A DNA stretch of 64,000 nucleotides, taken from a virus. Location: positions 64,001 to 128,000 of IMG/VR virus record IMGVR_UViG_3300007513_000007; one strand, given 5' to 3'. A program made the position numbers and the translations under genes. How positions within the stretch are numbered: position 1 is the first letter of the stretch; every line of letters starts with the position of its first letter. Positions 18,030 to 26,140 of this stretch are shown piece after piece. A model generated the notes under the pieces. The model did no database searches. It was not told where the DNA came from and worked only from the letters and a program-made list of their open reading frames with translations.

Positions 18030-18187
18030 GTATCGCTTTCCAGAGAGGGGTGAGGGTCGGTTCAGCTTCCACATGTTCAGCGTCAGTTCCGCTGCCATCG
18101 GCATCTGCTACGGACGGTTCCCCCTCCGGGTCTTCATCCACAACCGAGGCAGGAGCAGCCCCCTCTGATCGGCTTGAAAGGAGTCCA

Positions 18188-19408
18188 CTACCTGTACCTC
18201 TTGAGCTTCTCGTACACGTTGTTGGCATAGCCTCTGGGCTTGCTCAACTGGTACATCGTCTTCAGGTTCAAGTCGTAGAGGGGTTGCTGCTTCGGTGGGA
18301 TCTCCTCGAAGGAATCCCACATTTCCTTGAGGTGGATGGTCGCGTTGACTGCGTTGCCCACTGCCCGATCTGCTTCAAAAGCAGCCGTCTGGAAATCCTG
18401 GAGGCTGTACACGCGCTTGGCGTACCGTCCCTTGAGGCGTTCCAGTTCCGCTTGTGCGTCCCGCTGCGAGAGCCGCCACTTGGTAGTGAGGCTGTGCAGG
18501 ATCTTTCGGTCGGGCATCCCCTTTTGGAGCATCCGCTGTAGCGCCTTTTCGTACTGGCGCTTGTCCTTGCCTACCCCAATGTCTTCCCATGCGTCTGGAG
18601 GCCGTGCTCCAGGACGAGTTCCTGGATCATGACGGTGCTTGGCACCACCTGGGCGACGGTGCATGGGAGGCGCTTGTCTACGCTTGGCCGTCTTGACTTG
18701 GTACGCAGCAGCTACCCGTTCGGCTGAAGCGACACGGGGCACAGGGCCGTCAAAGAGACCTATGTCCTTTGTAAAGAAGACCAGGAAAGGCCCTTGCTCC
18801 TCTGCATACCGAGCAACCTCCCGTACAGGAATATCGTCGTCCGGGTCCAGGTTCATCTGCTTCCAGTAGATGGAGGCAAAACTCTCGGCCTCATCAAGCA
18901 GGTCATCAGCATCCCAGCTTTGCCACTTCCGGTGGTTCCGCATAGCGTGCCTCTTCCACTCCCGGCCAAGGTCCTCGTCCATCCTACGGGCCGCCCGCTT
19001 GTCACGCTTGCGCTTCTGGCGGTTTCGGGTGTCCGACATCCACTCGTCGTTCAGCTTGCGGGTGAGGCCGCATCTCTTGAGGGCCTCCAGAGAATCTTCC
19101 ATCTCATTGGAGCGAAGCACCCGAATCAGTTGTCCCAGTAGTTCCGGGGCGTTCTCCTTGTTGAAGGCTTGCTTCTCGACATGAGAGGCCGTGCTTCGAC
19201 GGAGCATCTCCTGTTGGCGCTCATGTTGTGGGTTGTCTTCACCGCGTGGCACTGCTGCTCCCTTGGGGCTTCCGTAGTCAGGCTGCATCGAGAGAGAACC
19301 TCGGGAAACAAAGTACCAGTCCGGGTATTTTTCCGGGTTTGGCTCCTCGGTATCCGCAGCCCAGCGCCGCATCTGATCGTGGATTATTTCTCGGGGGGTA
19401 CGCGCCAT
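18188..19408 (-). CDS. Multidomain hypothetical protein with RVAxxY motif (candidate virion-internal)
   Basis: Start MARTPREII; RVASAERVAAAYQVKTA; class B motif upstream. Confidence 0.75.
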   Translation of the reverse strand: MARTPREIIHDQMRRWAADTEEPNPEKYPDWYFVSRGSLSMQPDYGSPKGAAVPRGEDNPQHERQQEMLRRSTASHVEKQAFNKENAPELLGQLIRVLRSNEMEDSLEALKRCGLTRKLNDEWMSDTRNRQKRKRDKRAARRMDEDLGREWKRHAMRNHRKWQSWDADDLLDEAESFASIYWKQMNLDPDDDIPVREVARYAEEQGPFLVFFTKDIGLFDGPVPRVASAERVAAAYQVKTAKRRQAPPMHRRPGGAKHRHDPGTRPGARPPDAWEDIGVGKDKRQYEKALQRMLQKGMPDRKILHSLTTKWRLSQRDAQAELERLKGRYAKRVYSLQDFQTAAFEADRAVGNAVNATIHLKEMWDSFEEIPPKQQPLYDLNLKTMYQLSKPRGYANNVYEKLKRYR

Positions 19409-19431
19409 GTTCTCTCCGCACCTCGAATCGA

Positions 19432-19447
19432 ATAGGCACCTTATCGG
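19432..19447 (-). promoter_or_regulatory. Class B (late-like) motif
   Basis: CCGAT-AAGGTGC-CTAT. Confidence 0.55.
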
Positions 19448-19469
19448 TATTGTGGGCCAAGGAGGGCCT

Positions 19470-19655
19470 ATGCCTCTTTTTGAGTACAAGTGCGAGAAAT
19501 GCGAGAAACGCTTCGAGCGGCTGGTAAAGCACGACGAACGCGACAATCCACAAGACTGTCCTGCGTGCAAAGCCAAGGACTGTAAGAAGATGATCTCCCA
19601 GACATCCTTCTCTTTGAAAGGTGGAGGGTGGGCATCCGACGGGTACAGCAGTTAG
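19470..19655 (+). CDS. FmdB-family zinc-ribbon protein
   Basis: MPLFEYKCEKC..RFE...CPAC...ISQTSFSLKGGGW. Confidence 0.9.
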   Translation: MPLFEYKCEKCEKRFERLVKHDERDNPQDCPACKAKDCKKMISQTSFSLKGGGWASDGYSS

Positions 19656-19685
19656 AGCCGCGCCACACCACCTACTGGAGAAAAC

Positions 19686-20777
19686 ATGTTCGTAGAGTAC
19701 ATCTGGGTTGACGGGGCTTCCCCAACCCAAACCATCAGGTCAAAGACCAAGGTGCTACCCGATCTGCTCCCGGATCAAGCCGTGGAACTCCCCGATTGGA
19801 GCTTTGACGGTAGCTCCACCGAACAGGCCACGGGGGACTCCTCCGACTGCGTGCTGAAGCCTGTTTGTGTGATTCCAGACCCGGTTCGCGGGGCTGGAAA
19901 CTACTTGGCGATGTGCGAGGTGTTTACAGCGGCAGGCCACCCCCACCCCACCAACACCCGCGCCAAGGTCCGTGAGTTCTTGGCTGCACGCGATGGTTAT
20001 GCTGACGCTTGGTTTGGGTTGGAACAGGAACACACCCTTTTTGAAGGCTCCCGTCCATTGGGCTTCGGCGGTGAACGGCGCTTCCCGGCCCCCCAAGGCC
20101 CTTACTATTGTGGCGTGGGTGCTGACGAGGTGTATGGCCGCGAGCTTGTTGAGGACCATCTCCAGGCTTGCTACGACGCCGGAATCAAGATCAGCGGCAT
20201 CAACGCGGAAGTGATGCCAGGGCAGTGGGAGTTCCAGATTGGACCTTGCACCGCCCTTGAAGTCGGGGACCACCTCTGGCTTGCCCGCTGGCTTCTCTAC
20301 CGCCTCGGTGAAGAGTACGGCATCAATGCCACTCTCGACCCGAAGCCCGTTCCCGGTGACTGGAACGGTGCGGGAATGCACACCAACTTCTCTACGAAGG
20401 CGATGCGCGAGCCAGGAGGCATGGAGCATATCAAGGCATGGTGTAAAGCCGCTGGAAACCCCGCACGAATCAACGCCCACCTTGCTGCCTACGGTGATGG
20501 CATCGAGATGCGACTGACAGGCAAGCACGAGACCTGCTCTTATCGGGACTTCAAGTACGGTGTCAGTGACCGCACGGCCTCAATCCGCATCCCCCTTGCC
20601 ACCGCACAGGATGGCTGTGGCTACCTCGAAGATCGACGCCCTAATGCCAATGCCTGCCCTTATGCAGTAGTGTTTGAGTGTCTGGAGACGGCAGTGCTGG
20701 CTTCAGAGAAGACAACCCATTTCGACTTCACAGACCCGTCCATTCCCGGTAACTCGCCCCACTACGCACCTGAATAA
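19686..20777 (+). CDS. glnII: Glutamine synthetase, type II
   Basis: EYIWVDG, RSKT, WSFDGSST, QGPYYCGVGAD, NAEVMPGQWEFQIGP, DWNGAGMHTNFST, RLTGKHET, GYLEDRRP. Confidence 0.97.
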   Translation: MFVEYIWVDGASPTQTIRSKTKVLPDLLPDQAVELPDWSFDGSSTEQATGDSSDCVLKPVCVIPDPVRGAGNYLAMCEVFTAAGHPHPTNTRAKVREFLAARDGYADAWFGLEQEHTLFEGSRPLGFGGERRFPAPQGPYYCGVGADEVYGRELVEDHLQACYDAGIKISGINAEVMPGQWEFQIGPCTALEVGDHLWLARWLLYRLGEEYGINATLDPKPVPGDWNGAGMHTNFSTKAMREPGGMEHIKAWCKAAGNPARINAHLAAYGDGIEMRLTGKHETCSYRDFKYGVSDRTASIRIPLATAQDGCGYLEDRRPNANACPYAVVFECLETAVLASEKTTHFDFTDPSIPGNSPHYAPE

Positions 20778-20779
20778 CG

Positions 20780-20966
20780 AAGCCCCCTCCCTTGTGCCGT
20801 CCAGATCAACGGGGTTTTAGGAGAGGGGGCTTTGCAGCACCTGCAATCCCGTTCGGCCTCGTGTTGCCTACTGGGGACCGTCCCACTGTGTCGCGTGAGC
20901 CGCCTTCTTACACGAAGCCTGAATCCGGTCTTGAAGAAGGTAAGTCACCGGGCACTCGCGTGGGCT
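20780..20966 (-). ncRNA. Candidate structured small RNA
   Basis: Class A motif points into an interval with no ORF over ~26 codons; nested stems CCCAC/GTGGG, CGCGAGTGCC/GGCTCACGCG, CCTTCTT/AAGAAGG. Confidence 0.3.
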
Positions 20967-20972
20967 TATTCC

Positions 20973-21004
20973 CTCTACGGTCGAAGTAGGAAAGGGGAAC
21001 CCCC
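20973..21004 (-). promoter_or_regulatory. Class A promoter-like motif
   Basis: GGGGGTTCC-N16-CG-TAGAG. Confidence 0.7.
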
Positions 21005-21100
21005 CAATCTGGGAAAAGAACCCTTCCACAACTCAACGGGGTTGCCTATCCCCTGGCTACCGACTCGAACGGCGCTGTGGAAGGGTAAATGAAAGCGGGT

Positions 21101-21122
21101 GGCCCGATAAGGGGGGCCTTTT
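21101..21122 (+). terminator. Possible intrinsic terminator
   Basis: GGCCC-loop-GGGCC followed by TTTT. Confidence 0.35.
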
Positions 21123-21162
21123 CGGTTCGCCTACGAGGCGACTCCCCGAGGAGTGCAACCTG

Positions 21163-21264
21163 ATGAAACTGGATCTCTCCGTAGACGAGTGGTACATCCA
21201 GATGGAGAAGATCCTGGCTCACCGAGAGCAAGACCACATAGGAGCAGAACATCATGCTGTATGA
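21163..21264 (+). CDS. Small ORF (33 aa)
   Basis: GAGGAG RBS; overlaps next start. Confidence 0.4.
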   Translation: MKLDLSVDEWYIQMEKILAHREQDHIGAEHHAV

Positions 21265-21763
21265 AGTGAATGGAACCGAGTACGCTGTGGACATCGTGAC
21301 AACCCCCGAGGGCGAGATCACCAAGGTGTCTTTATTGGACGCGGACTGCGACGGGATAGCTCTGATGCCCACAGAGGCGGTGTTGGAGGCATGGGAGGCA
21401 GACTCTCTGCGAGCCTTGGTGCAGGCGCTTGTGGAAGCGATGCTGGCGAAGCGTGTGCCCCCGTCGCTTCCCGAAGGGTGGTCATGGGATGGCAACCCCT
21501 ATGACGATGAGGGCGACGAGGTGGAGGCGGTTGCCCTTCGTCCGTGGGTGGCGGTGTGGCCTGACAACATGCTGTGGGCTTCTCTCGACGGCAGGTTTGG
21601 CCACGGAAATATGGGCGTAGCAGATGGTCAGGTCGAGGTTGTCGAGGGGGATGACCCAGCGACCATTCGTCGGGCGATTGAGGTTGTGGAAGCATGGGCT
21701 TCGGAAGTGGAACGAGCAGCCCGAATCAGTAATGGAGGGGGTCTATCTGACCCCAGGAGTTGA
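21254..21763 (+). CDS. Hypothetical acidic protein
   Basis: GGAG RBS; plausible composition. Confidence 0.6.
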   Translation: MLYEVNGTEYAVDIVTTPEGEITKVSLLDADCDGIALMPTEAVLEAWEADSLRALVQALVEAMLAKRVPPSLPEGWSWDGNPYDDEGDEVEAVALRPWVAVWPDNMLWASLDGRFGHGNMGVADGQVEVVEGDDPATIRRAIEVVEAWASEVERAARISNGGGLSDPRS

Positions 21764-21778
21764 GCCAGGAGTTGAGCC
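21752..21778. repeat. 12-bp tandem repeat x2
   Basis: CCAGGAGTTGAG CCAGGAGTTGAG CC. Confidence 0.85.
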
Positions 21779-21918
21779 ATGAGTCAGCAAGACATTTTCA
21801 CTTTGTTTGGGGGGCCAACCCCTGTGTCTTCTCGCATTCACAGTCGCGCTCCCCTTGGTTGGAAGCCACCCCAGTCCACTTTCGCAGGCAGGCCGCGTCT
21901 CCGATAAGGGGGAGTAAC

Positions 21919-21963
21919 CCTCTCCCGTTTGGTGGGAGATTGCCTCTCCCGTTTGGTGGGAGA
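21919..21963. repeat. 21-bp direct repeat x2 (period 24), each a TCTCCC/GGGAGA hairpin
   Basis: CCTCTCCCGTTTGGTGGGAGA at 21919-21939 and 21943-21963. Confidence 0.9.
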
Positions 21964-21993
21964 ACCCCGAAAGGTTTTTCACCTCTCGTAGCT

Positions 21994-22025
21994 CTATACG
22001 GCAGACGTGTTGAACCGGAACCCCA
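21994..22025 (-). promoter_or_regulatory. Class A promoter-like motif
   Basis: TGGGGTTCC-N16-CG-TATAG. Confidence 0.7.
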
Positions 22026-22180
22026 CCCTGTTTTCTACAACAGGGTCCTCAAAGCATGATTCGACAGGCCGAAAAAGTAAGACTTCTTCCGGTTTTTCTG
22101 ATGGTCGTGAAGGTGTCCTCGAAAACCCGCGTAGAACCTGGGTTTTCAAGAGTGCCTTTTTTGCCCAAAACCTGATCTTT

Positions 22181-22345
22181 TCAAAAGGCCCTCTTCAAAG
22201 GGTCAGCCTTTGTTGCAGGGGGCTTCTGCTTTGAGGGTTTCGGCGGCTCCCTGCGTGGCGGCCAGAACGGGGCATCGACCCGCAGTGGCGGGTCCCACTT
22301 CCCTTGGAACCAAGGGTGGTTTGGGATGAAGTCGAAGTTGGACAC
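22181..22345 (-). CDS. Small Pro/Trp-rich ORF (54 aa)
   Basis: VSNFDFIPNHPWFQGKW...; follows upstream stop by 4 nt. Confidence 0.45.
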   Translation of the reverse strand: MSNFDFIPNHPWFQGKWDPPLRVDAPFWPPRREPPKPSKQKPPATKADPLKRAF

Positions 22346-22349
22346 TTCG

Positions 22350-22973
22350 CTACTTCTTGGCTCTCGCTATTCTCGCAGCGGTTTCTCGGGCCTGCTCCTT
22401 CGCCGTGGCCTTCGCCGCCTGCTTCTTGGTGTCTGCTTTGTTTGCTTCTTCAAAGGCACGGACCTGCTTCAGCCGTTGAAGGGTGGCCGCATCCATGTTC
22501 CGGGTATTTCCCTTTAGGGTCATCTCCCCGGTGTCACGGTCTTGCCAGCGTGAGGTGAATCCGGTCGCGCTTGGGATGATGGCCTTGACGATCTTCGGGT
22601 CCATATGACGAACCGCGATGTCCCATGCCAAATCCAGGAACATCCCGGCGCATACCTCGATGGGCTTATGGTTGTAGAGGGTGGGTTGCCGTTCGCTGTA
22701 CAACAACAGGCCCGAATCCGTTCGGAGTTCAAGGTCGAAGTAGTGTACGGGCTGTGGAACCTCGGGCTTGCTGAACTCCATCCGAAAATGAAGCCCGATA
22801 CGCAAGTCTCCGATGATGACTCGGGGGTTGTTCACAATGCCCCAGTCCACAACATGAACCCGGAGCCTGCCCGCCTCCACGAGACGAGAGACAGCCTCCC
22901 TTTCAATGTCAGACATGGGAGTGTAGGTGCTGCCCGCGCCTTTGCCCCCAAACGGGTTCCCGTTGATCGCCAT
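22350..22973 (-). CDS. Hypothetical protein
   Basis: Start MAINGNPFGG, TGATG overlap. Confidence 0.7.
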   Translation of the reverse strand: MAINGNPFGGKGAGSTYTPMSDIEREAVSRLVEAGRLRVHVVDWGIVNNPRVIIGDLRIGLHFRMEFSKPEVPQPVHYFDLELRTDSGLLLYSERQPTLYNHKPIEVCAGMFLDLAWDIAVRHMDPKIVKAIIPSATGFTSRWQDRDTGEMTLKGNTRNMDAATLQRLKQVRAFEEANKADTKKQAAKATAKEQARETAARIARAKK

Positions 22974-23392
22974 CAAACCTCCATCGTGACGTGGCAAGCA
23001 CGGGCCTGCCCATCTTTGGCACCAGGATAGAACGATACCCGCGACCCGCGAACAGGCAGCCAGCTACCTTCCATCTCGCTTCGGTGAAGGAAGTAGACGT
23101 TGCCCCCTGCCGAGATGAAGCCCCACCCCTTCCCCGGATCAAACGAGGACACCTCCCCCTCCAGGCGTGAAGGACGCTCCTGCCTCTGAACAACCAGGGC
23201 CTTTGGACGCCTCTTCCCTTCAACGACAGTCACAAGGACGCGCTCCCCTATGATGGGGGGCGGTCCTTGTGGCTGTAGCCTGTGGAACACGTCGGCGTGG
23301 AAGTAGACCTCTTTACCAGCGGGAGGCGCACAAAACCCATACTCCCGCGTCCGGGTGTACATGCACACCACCATCGGCTGAAGCTCTGACAT
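22973..23392 (-). CDS. Tandem cold-shock-domain protein
   Basis: EYGFC..EVYFH and KGWGFI..VYFLHRS (RNP1/RNP2 twice). Confidence 0.85.
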   Translation of the reverse strand: MSELQPMVVCMYTRTREYGFCAPPAGKEVYFHADVFHRLQPQGPPPIIGERVLVTVVEGKRRPKALVVQRQERPSRLEGEVSSFDPGKGWGFISAGGNVYFLHRSEMEGSWLPVRGSRVSFYPGAKDGQARACHVTMEV

Positions 23393-23409
23393 CCGTGCTC
23401 ACCTGTGGC

Positions 23410-23670
23410 TTACGCAGCTTCGATAGCCGCCAAGATTTCAGCCTTGGTGTTCCCGCTGGTCATGCCCAGGGCGAGACGATCTGCTTCGGCCAGAAGCTCT
23501 GCCTTGGTATTGGACATGCTGAAGGAAGCGGCTTCCGGCTCGGGTGCCGCTTCCGGCTCCGGTGCTGGGGCTGGGGCTTCCTCGGCTCCAGTTGGGTTGT
23601 TGTGGCGCATCGGATGGCCGCTCCTACGAAGGGGGCGACCCATTGCAGCAAGGGGGATTCCTCTACCCAT
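23410..23670 (-). CDS. Small protein with C-terminal HeH/Rho_N-like helical motif
   Basis: NTKAELLAEADRLAL..TSGNTKAEILAAIEA. Confidence 0.7.
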   Translation of the reverse strand: MGRGIPLAAMGRPLRRSGHPMRHNNPTGAEEAPAPAPEPEAAPEPEAASFSMSNTKAELLAEADRLALGMTSGNTKAEILAAIEAA

Positions 23671-23673
23671 GAT

Positions 23674-24009
23674 TTACTCCTGAATGGTGTTGGGGGGAGA
23701 ATCCCCCTTGTTGGCAGCTATGAGAGCGAGACGAATATAGCGGTCAAGCCACGCCTGCCCTCCAATGAAACCAGCCTCTACGAAGCCAGCGATAAGAACA
23801 CAAGTAAAGAGCAGCCAGTACATCCAGGTGTCAACCTCGATTGCCCGCTCCGGGTGGGTCTGTGTGTAGATGATTCCTCCCAGCCCTATCAGCAGGATCA
23901 GCTTCCAGGTGGCTTCTGCTACCAAGTACGCGACGAACTTCTTGGACTTGAGAGGGCTTTTCTCCTGGGTGCAGGGGGCAGTTATCTCTTGTTTCTTGCG
24001 GGGCGGCAC
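23674..24009 (-). CDS. Two-TM membrane protein, holin candidate
   Basis: LKSKKFVAY followed by two TM helices; in class B operon. Confidence 0.55.
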   Translation of the reverse strand: MPPRKKQEITAPCTQEKSPLKSKKFVAYLVAEATWKLILLIGLGGIIYTQTHPERAIEVDTWMYWLLFTCVLIAGFVEAGFIGGQAWLDRYIRLALIAANKGDSPPNTIQE

Positions 24010-24383
24010 TACAAACCCCCCGGCAACTTTCGGATCGCCTTCTCAAGACGTGTCCGCACCCCTGCCGTAACCTCGGCGTGCTGGATAGCATCGGCAAACT
24101 CCTGGTCGCTAACGAGCAGTGACGTTTGCCTGGGATTCTGGGCTATCAGGGTGGAAAGGCGGTCTTGCGCCTCCCAACTCAAGGTATGGAATAGACGGTT
24201 GAAGTCGTTCCGGGCCTGCTTCGAGGTACGGAGGGCGTTCGCGATGAAGTAGTCTTCGAGGATCGCGGGGTTATCGGCGTTCTTTTGGGTGACCGTCCTG
24301 CCGTCAGGCATCTCCACAAGAGTAGACGCGGCCCCTTCCAGGGCGCACTTATTGCCGTAAGTCCAGAATCCAAAGTTGGACAC
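24009..24383 (-). CDS. Hypothetical protein
   Basis: GGAGG RBS + GTG; class B motif upstream. Confidence 0.65.
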   Translation of the reverse strand: MSNFGFWTYGNKCALEGAASTLVEMPDGRTVTQKNADNPAILEDYFIANALRTSKQARNDFNRLFHTLSWEAQDRLSTLIAQNPRQTSLLVSDQEFADAIQHAEVTAGVRTRLEKAIRKLPGGL

Positions 24384-24407
24384 GTTATCCTCCGTTTGGC
24401 AGCCCTT

Positions 24408-24423
24408 ATAGGGGGCCTACCGC
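24408..24423 (-). promoter_or_regulatory. Class B (late-like) motif
   Basis: GCGGT-AGGCCCC-CTAT. Confidence 0.55.
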
Positions 24424-24430
24424 AGAAGGA

Positions 24431-24961
24431 TCAGCGGGAGGGCAGCTTTATGTTGGAGATGGAGACCACCGATTCGGTCACTTCATCCCGCAGCCTGGAA
24501 GGAGGAACCCCCTCTTCTGTGGGGCCTTCTATATGGTCGTTGAGCCTCTTGATGATCTCGTGCTTCTTGCGGCCCAGGTCAGAAATGTCCACCCCCGCAA
24601 CAGCAGCCTGCTCTCTCAACGAATCCAAAGAGGGGAGCGTTTTGGGCTTGGTTGGGGTGGCGGCCTCTTCTTCGTAGTCGATACGCAGGACCACGCTCCC
24701 CTCCGACGACACCTGCAAAGAGGGAAAGCCCCTTCGCTTCTGGTCCTTCATCAAGGTCTGGGCCAGCAGCTTGGCTACTGCACTATCCGCAAGGAACGCA
24801 TTTGCCTCGGCCATAGCCGCTACGGCCTCTCGAAGACGCTCCCCGATAGTGGTGGTGACCTCCCCCTCCGACCCCACGACCGGGAAGTTCAAGACTTCCT
24901 GGGCAAGTGAAGGGTCGATGGGAAGCTCGATGGGCTTCAGTTTCCTGGTCACGGAAGGCAC
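24431..24961 (-). CDS. Hypothetical protein with HeH-like motif
   Basis: SLDSLREQAAVAGVDISDLGRKKHEIIKRL. Confidence 0.65.
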   Translation of the reverse strand: MPSVTRKLKPIELPIDPSLAQEVLNFPVVGSEGEVTTTIGERLREAVAAMAEANAFLADSAVAKLLAQTLMKDQKRRGFPSLQVSSEGSVVLRIDYEEEAATPTKPKTLPSLDSLREQAAVAGVDISDLGRKKHEIIKRLNDHIEGPTEEGVPPSRLRDEVTESVVSISNIKLPSR

Positions 24962-25013
24962 CTCCAGGTAAGAGATACCCGCCAGAGAGAAACTTTGACC
25001 CCCCTCCCCCTAA

Positions 25014-25223
25014 CTATCGGCCAATCTTTACCTTCAGGGGGTCGAAACCAGCCCTCATTAGAGCTTCTTCTAACCTTTCACTCTGGCCAGGGTCCTTCTT
25101 TTTCACCCGGCGTGCGTACAACCATAACAGGTCCGACGCTTTTTCGTCCTTCAGAGAGATAGCCCAGAATCCAGCAGGGCACCAATCATGGCTCTGTAAG
25201 GCTTCCGGCTCGGGTTTGGTCAT
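25014..25223 (-). CDS. Small hypothetical protein
   Basis: ATGA overlap with upstream gene. Confidence 0.6.
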   Translation of the reverse strand: MTKPEPEALQSHDWCPAGFWAISLKDEKASDLLWLYARRVKKKDPGQSERLEEALMRAGFDPLKVKIGR

Positions 25224-26140
25224 TCCGTGTCCTCTTCCTCACTACCCGGAAGCGTGGAGCCTTCTCCCCCCTCTGGTTCGACCCAACGGGGTTCATGGTC
25301 CCCTTCATCCGTCACCTGCTCTGGGAGCATCGCGTACCTTTCGGCCACCCTCTTCGCGGTGTGGTAGTGCTTGCGATCCTCGATGATCTGCTTGTGCTTC
25401 CGCTTTGCTTCACCAATGGTTTTGGCAAGGATCGCCTTCCCTCGGTCATCAACCCCCACAAAGAAAAGCAGTCTGCCACGGCGATCCTGGATGCCGTCCC
25501 CCAAGCCGATGATGGGCCGGTCGTGGGGGCGTGCTTCACCGAAGAACACGTCCACTGGAATCAGGCCCTGACGCTTGAGCATGGCGGCTGACCCCATCTG
25601 CATGGGCGGCCCTTTTCGGGCAGCCACACGAACAGCGGCAGAAGCCTCTACGAGTCCCTTACGCAAAACACGGGCGGCTTGCCCGATCTCATGCTCCGGG
25701 CGACCATCTTGATAGGCTGTCCACAGTTCCCGTACCTGTGCCGGAAGCGGTGAGAGCAACCCCAACATCTCCCCTTCTGTGTCGAGGCGCACTGCTTCTT
25801 CAAGCAGTGCCTCCGTGGTGAGCAGATGTTTACGGATGCAGTCAGGACAGTGCTTCTGGACATGACCCAGATGGTCCTCCAGCAAGAGCAGTTCCTTGGC
25901 GGCTTCCCGCAGGTTGTAGAGGGGGTCCATCAAAGGAAGCAGTGCTGCGTACCGGGCAGCGACACGTTGGGCTGATTTGAACTTGTCTGGATTCATGCTC
26001 TTGTAGATTCCCATGATGTAGGCGTAGTTCTCGGCCTTCCCCTGCTCTTTCGCACGGGCCTTGGCCTTCTGCCACTTCTTCTCATCGGCTGGGGTCTTGA
26101 CGACGTTGGTAGGCATCAGTTGAGAATCCTCAAGAGGCAA
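25220..26140 (-). CDS. Multidomain hypothetical protein with two RVAxRY motifs (candidate virion-internal)
   Basis: KSAQRVAARY and HTAKRVAERY bracket internal domains. Confidence 0.75.
   Translation of the reverse strand: MPLEDSQLMPTNVVKTPADEKKWQKAKARAKEQGKAENYAYIMGIYKSMNPDKFKSAQRVAARYAALLPLMDPLYNLREAAKELLLLEDHLGHVQKHCPDCIRKHLLTTEALLEEAVRLDTEGEMLGLLSPLPAQVRELWTAYQDGRPEHEIGQAARVLRKGLVEASAAVRVAARKGPPMQMGSAAMLKRQGLIPVDVFFGEARPHDRPIIGLGDGIQDRRGRLLFFVGVDDRGKAILAKTIGEAKRKHKQIIEDRKHYHTAKRVAERYAMLPEQVTDEGDHEPRWVEPEGGEGSTLPGSEEEDTE

Noticed and set aside
21158-21200. Hammerhead core CTGATGA
   Set aside because: No stem II followed by GAAA; it coincides with an RBS-preceded start codon.
21919-21963. 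CRISPR-like repeat
   Set aside because: Only two copies separated by 3 nt; no spacers and no cas genes.
22044-22070. tmRNA 5'-end-like GGGTCC...GATTCGACAGG
   Set aside because: No matching T-arm/acceptor 3' end or tag reading frame was found on either side; probably chance.
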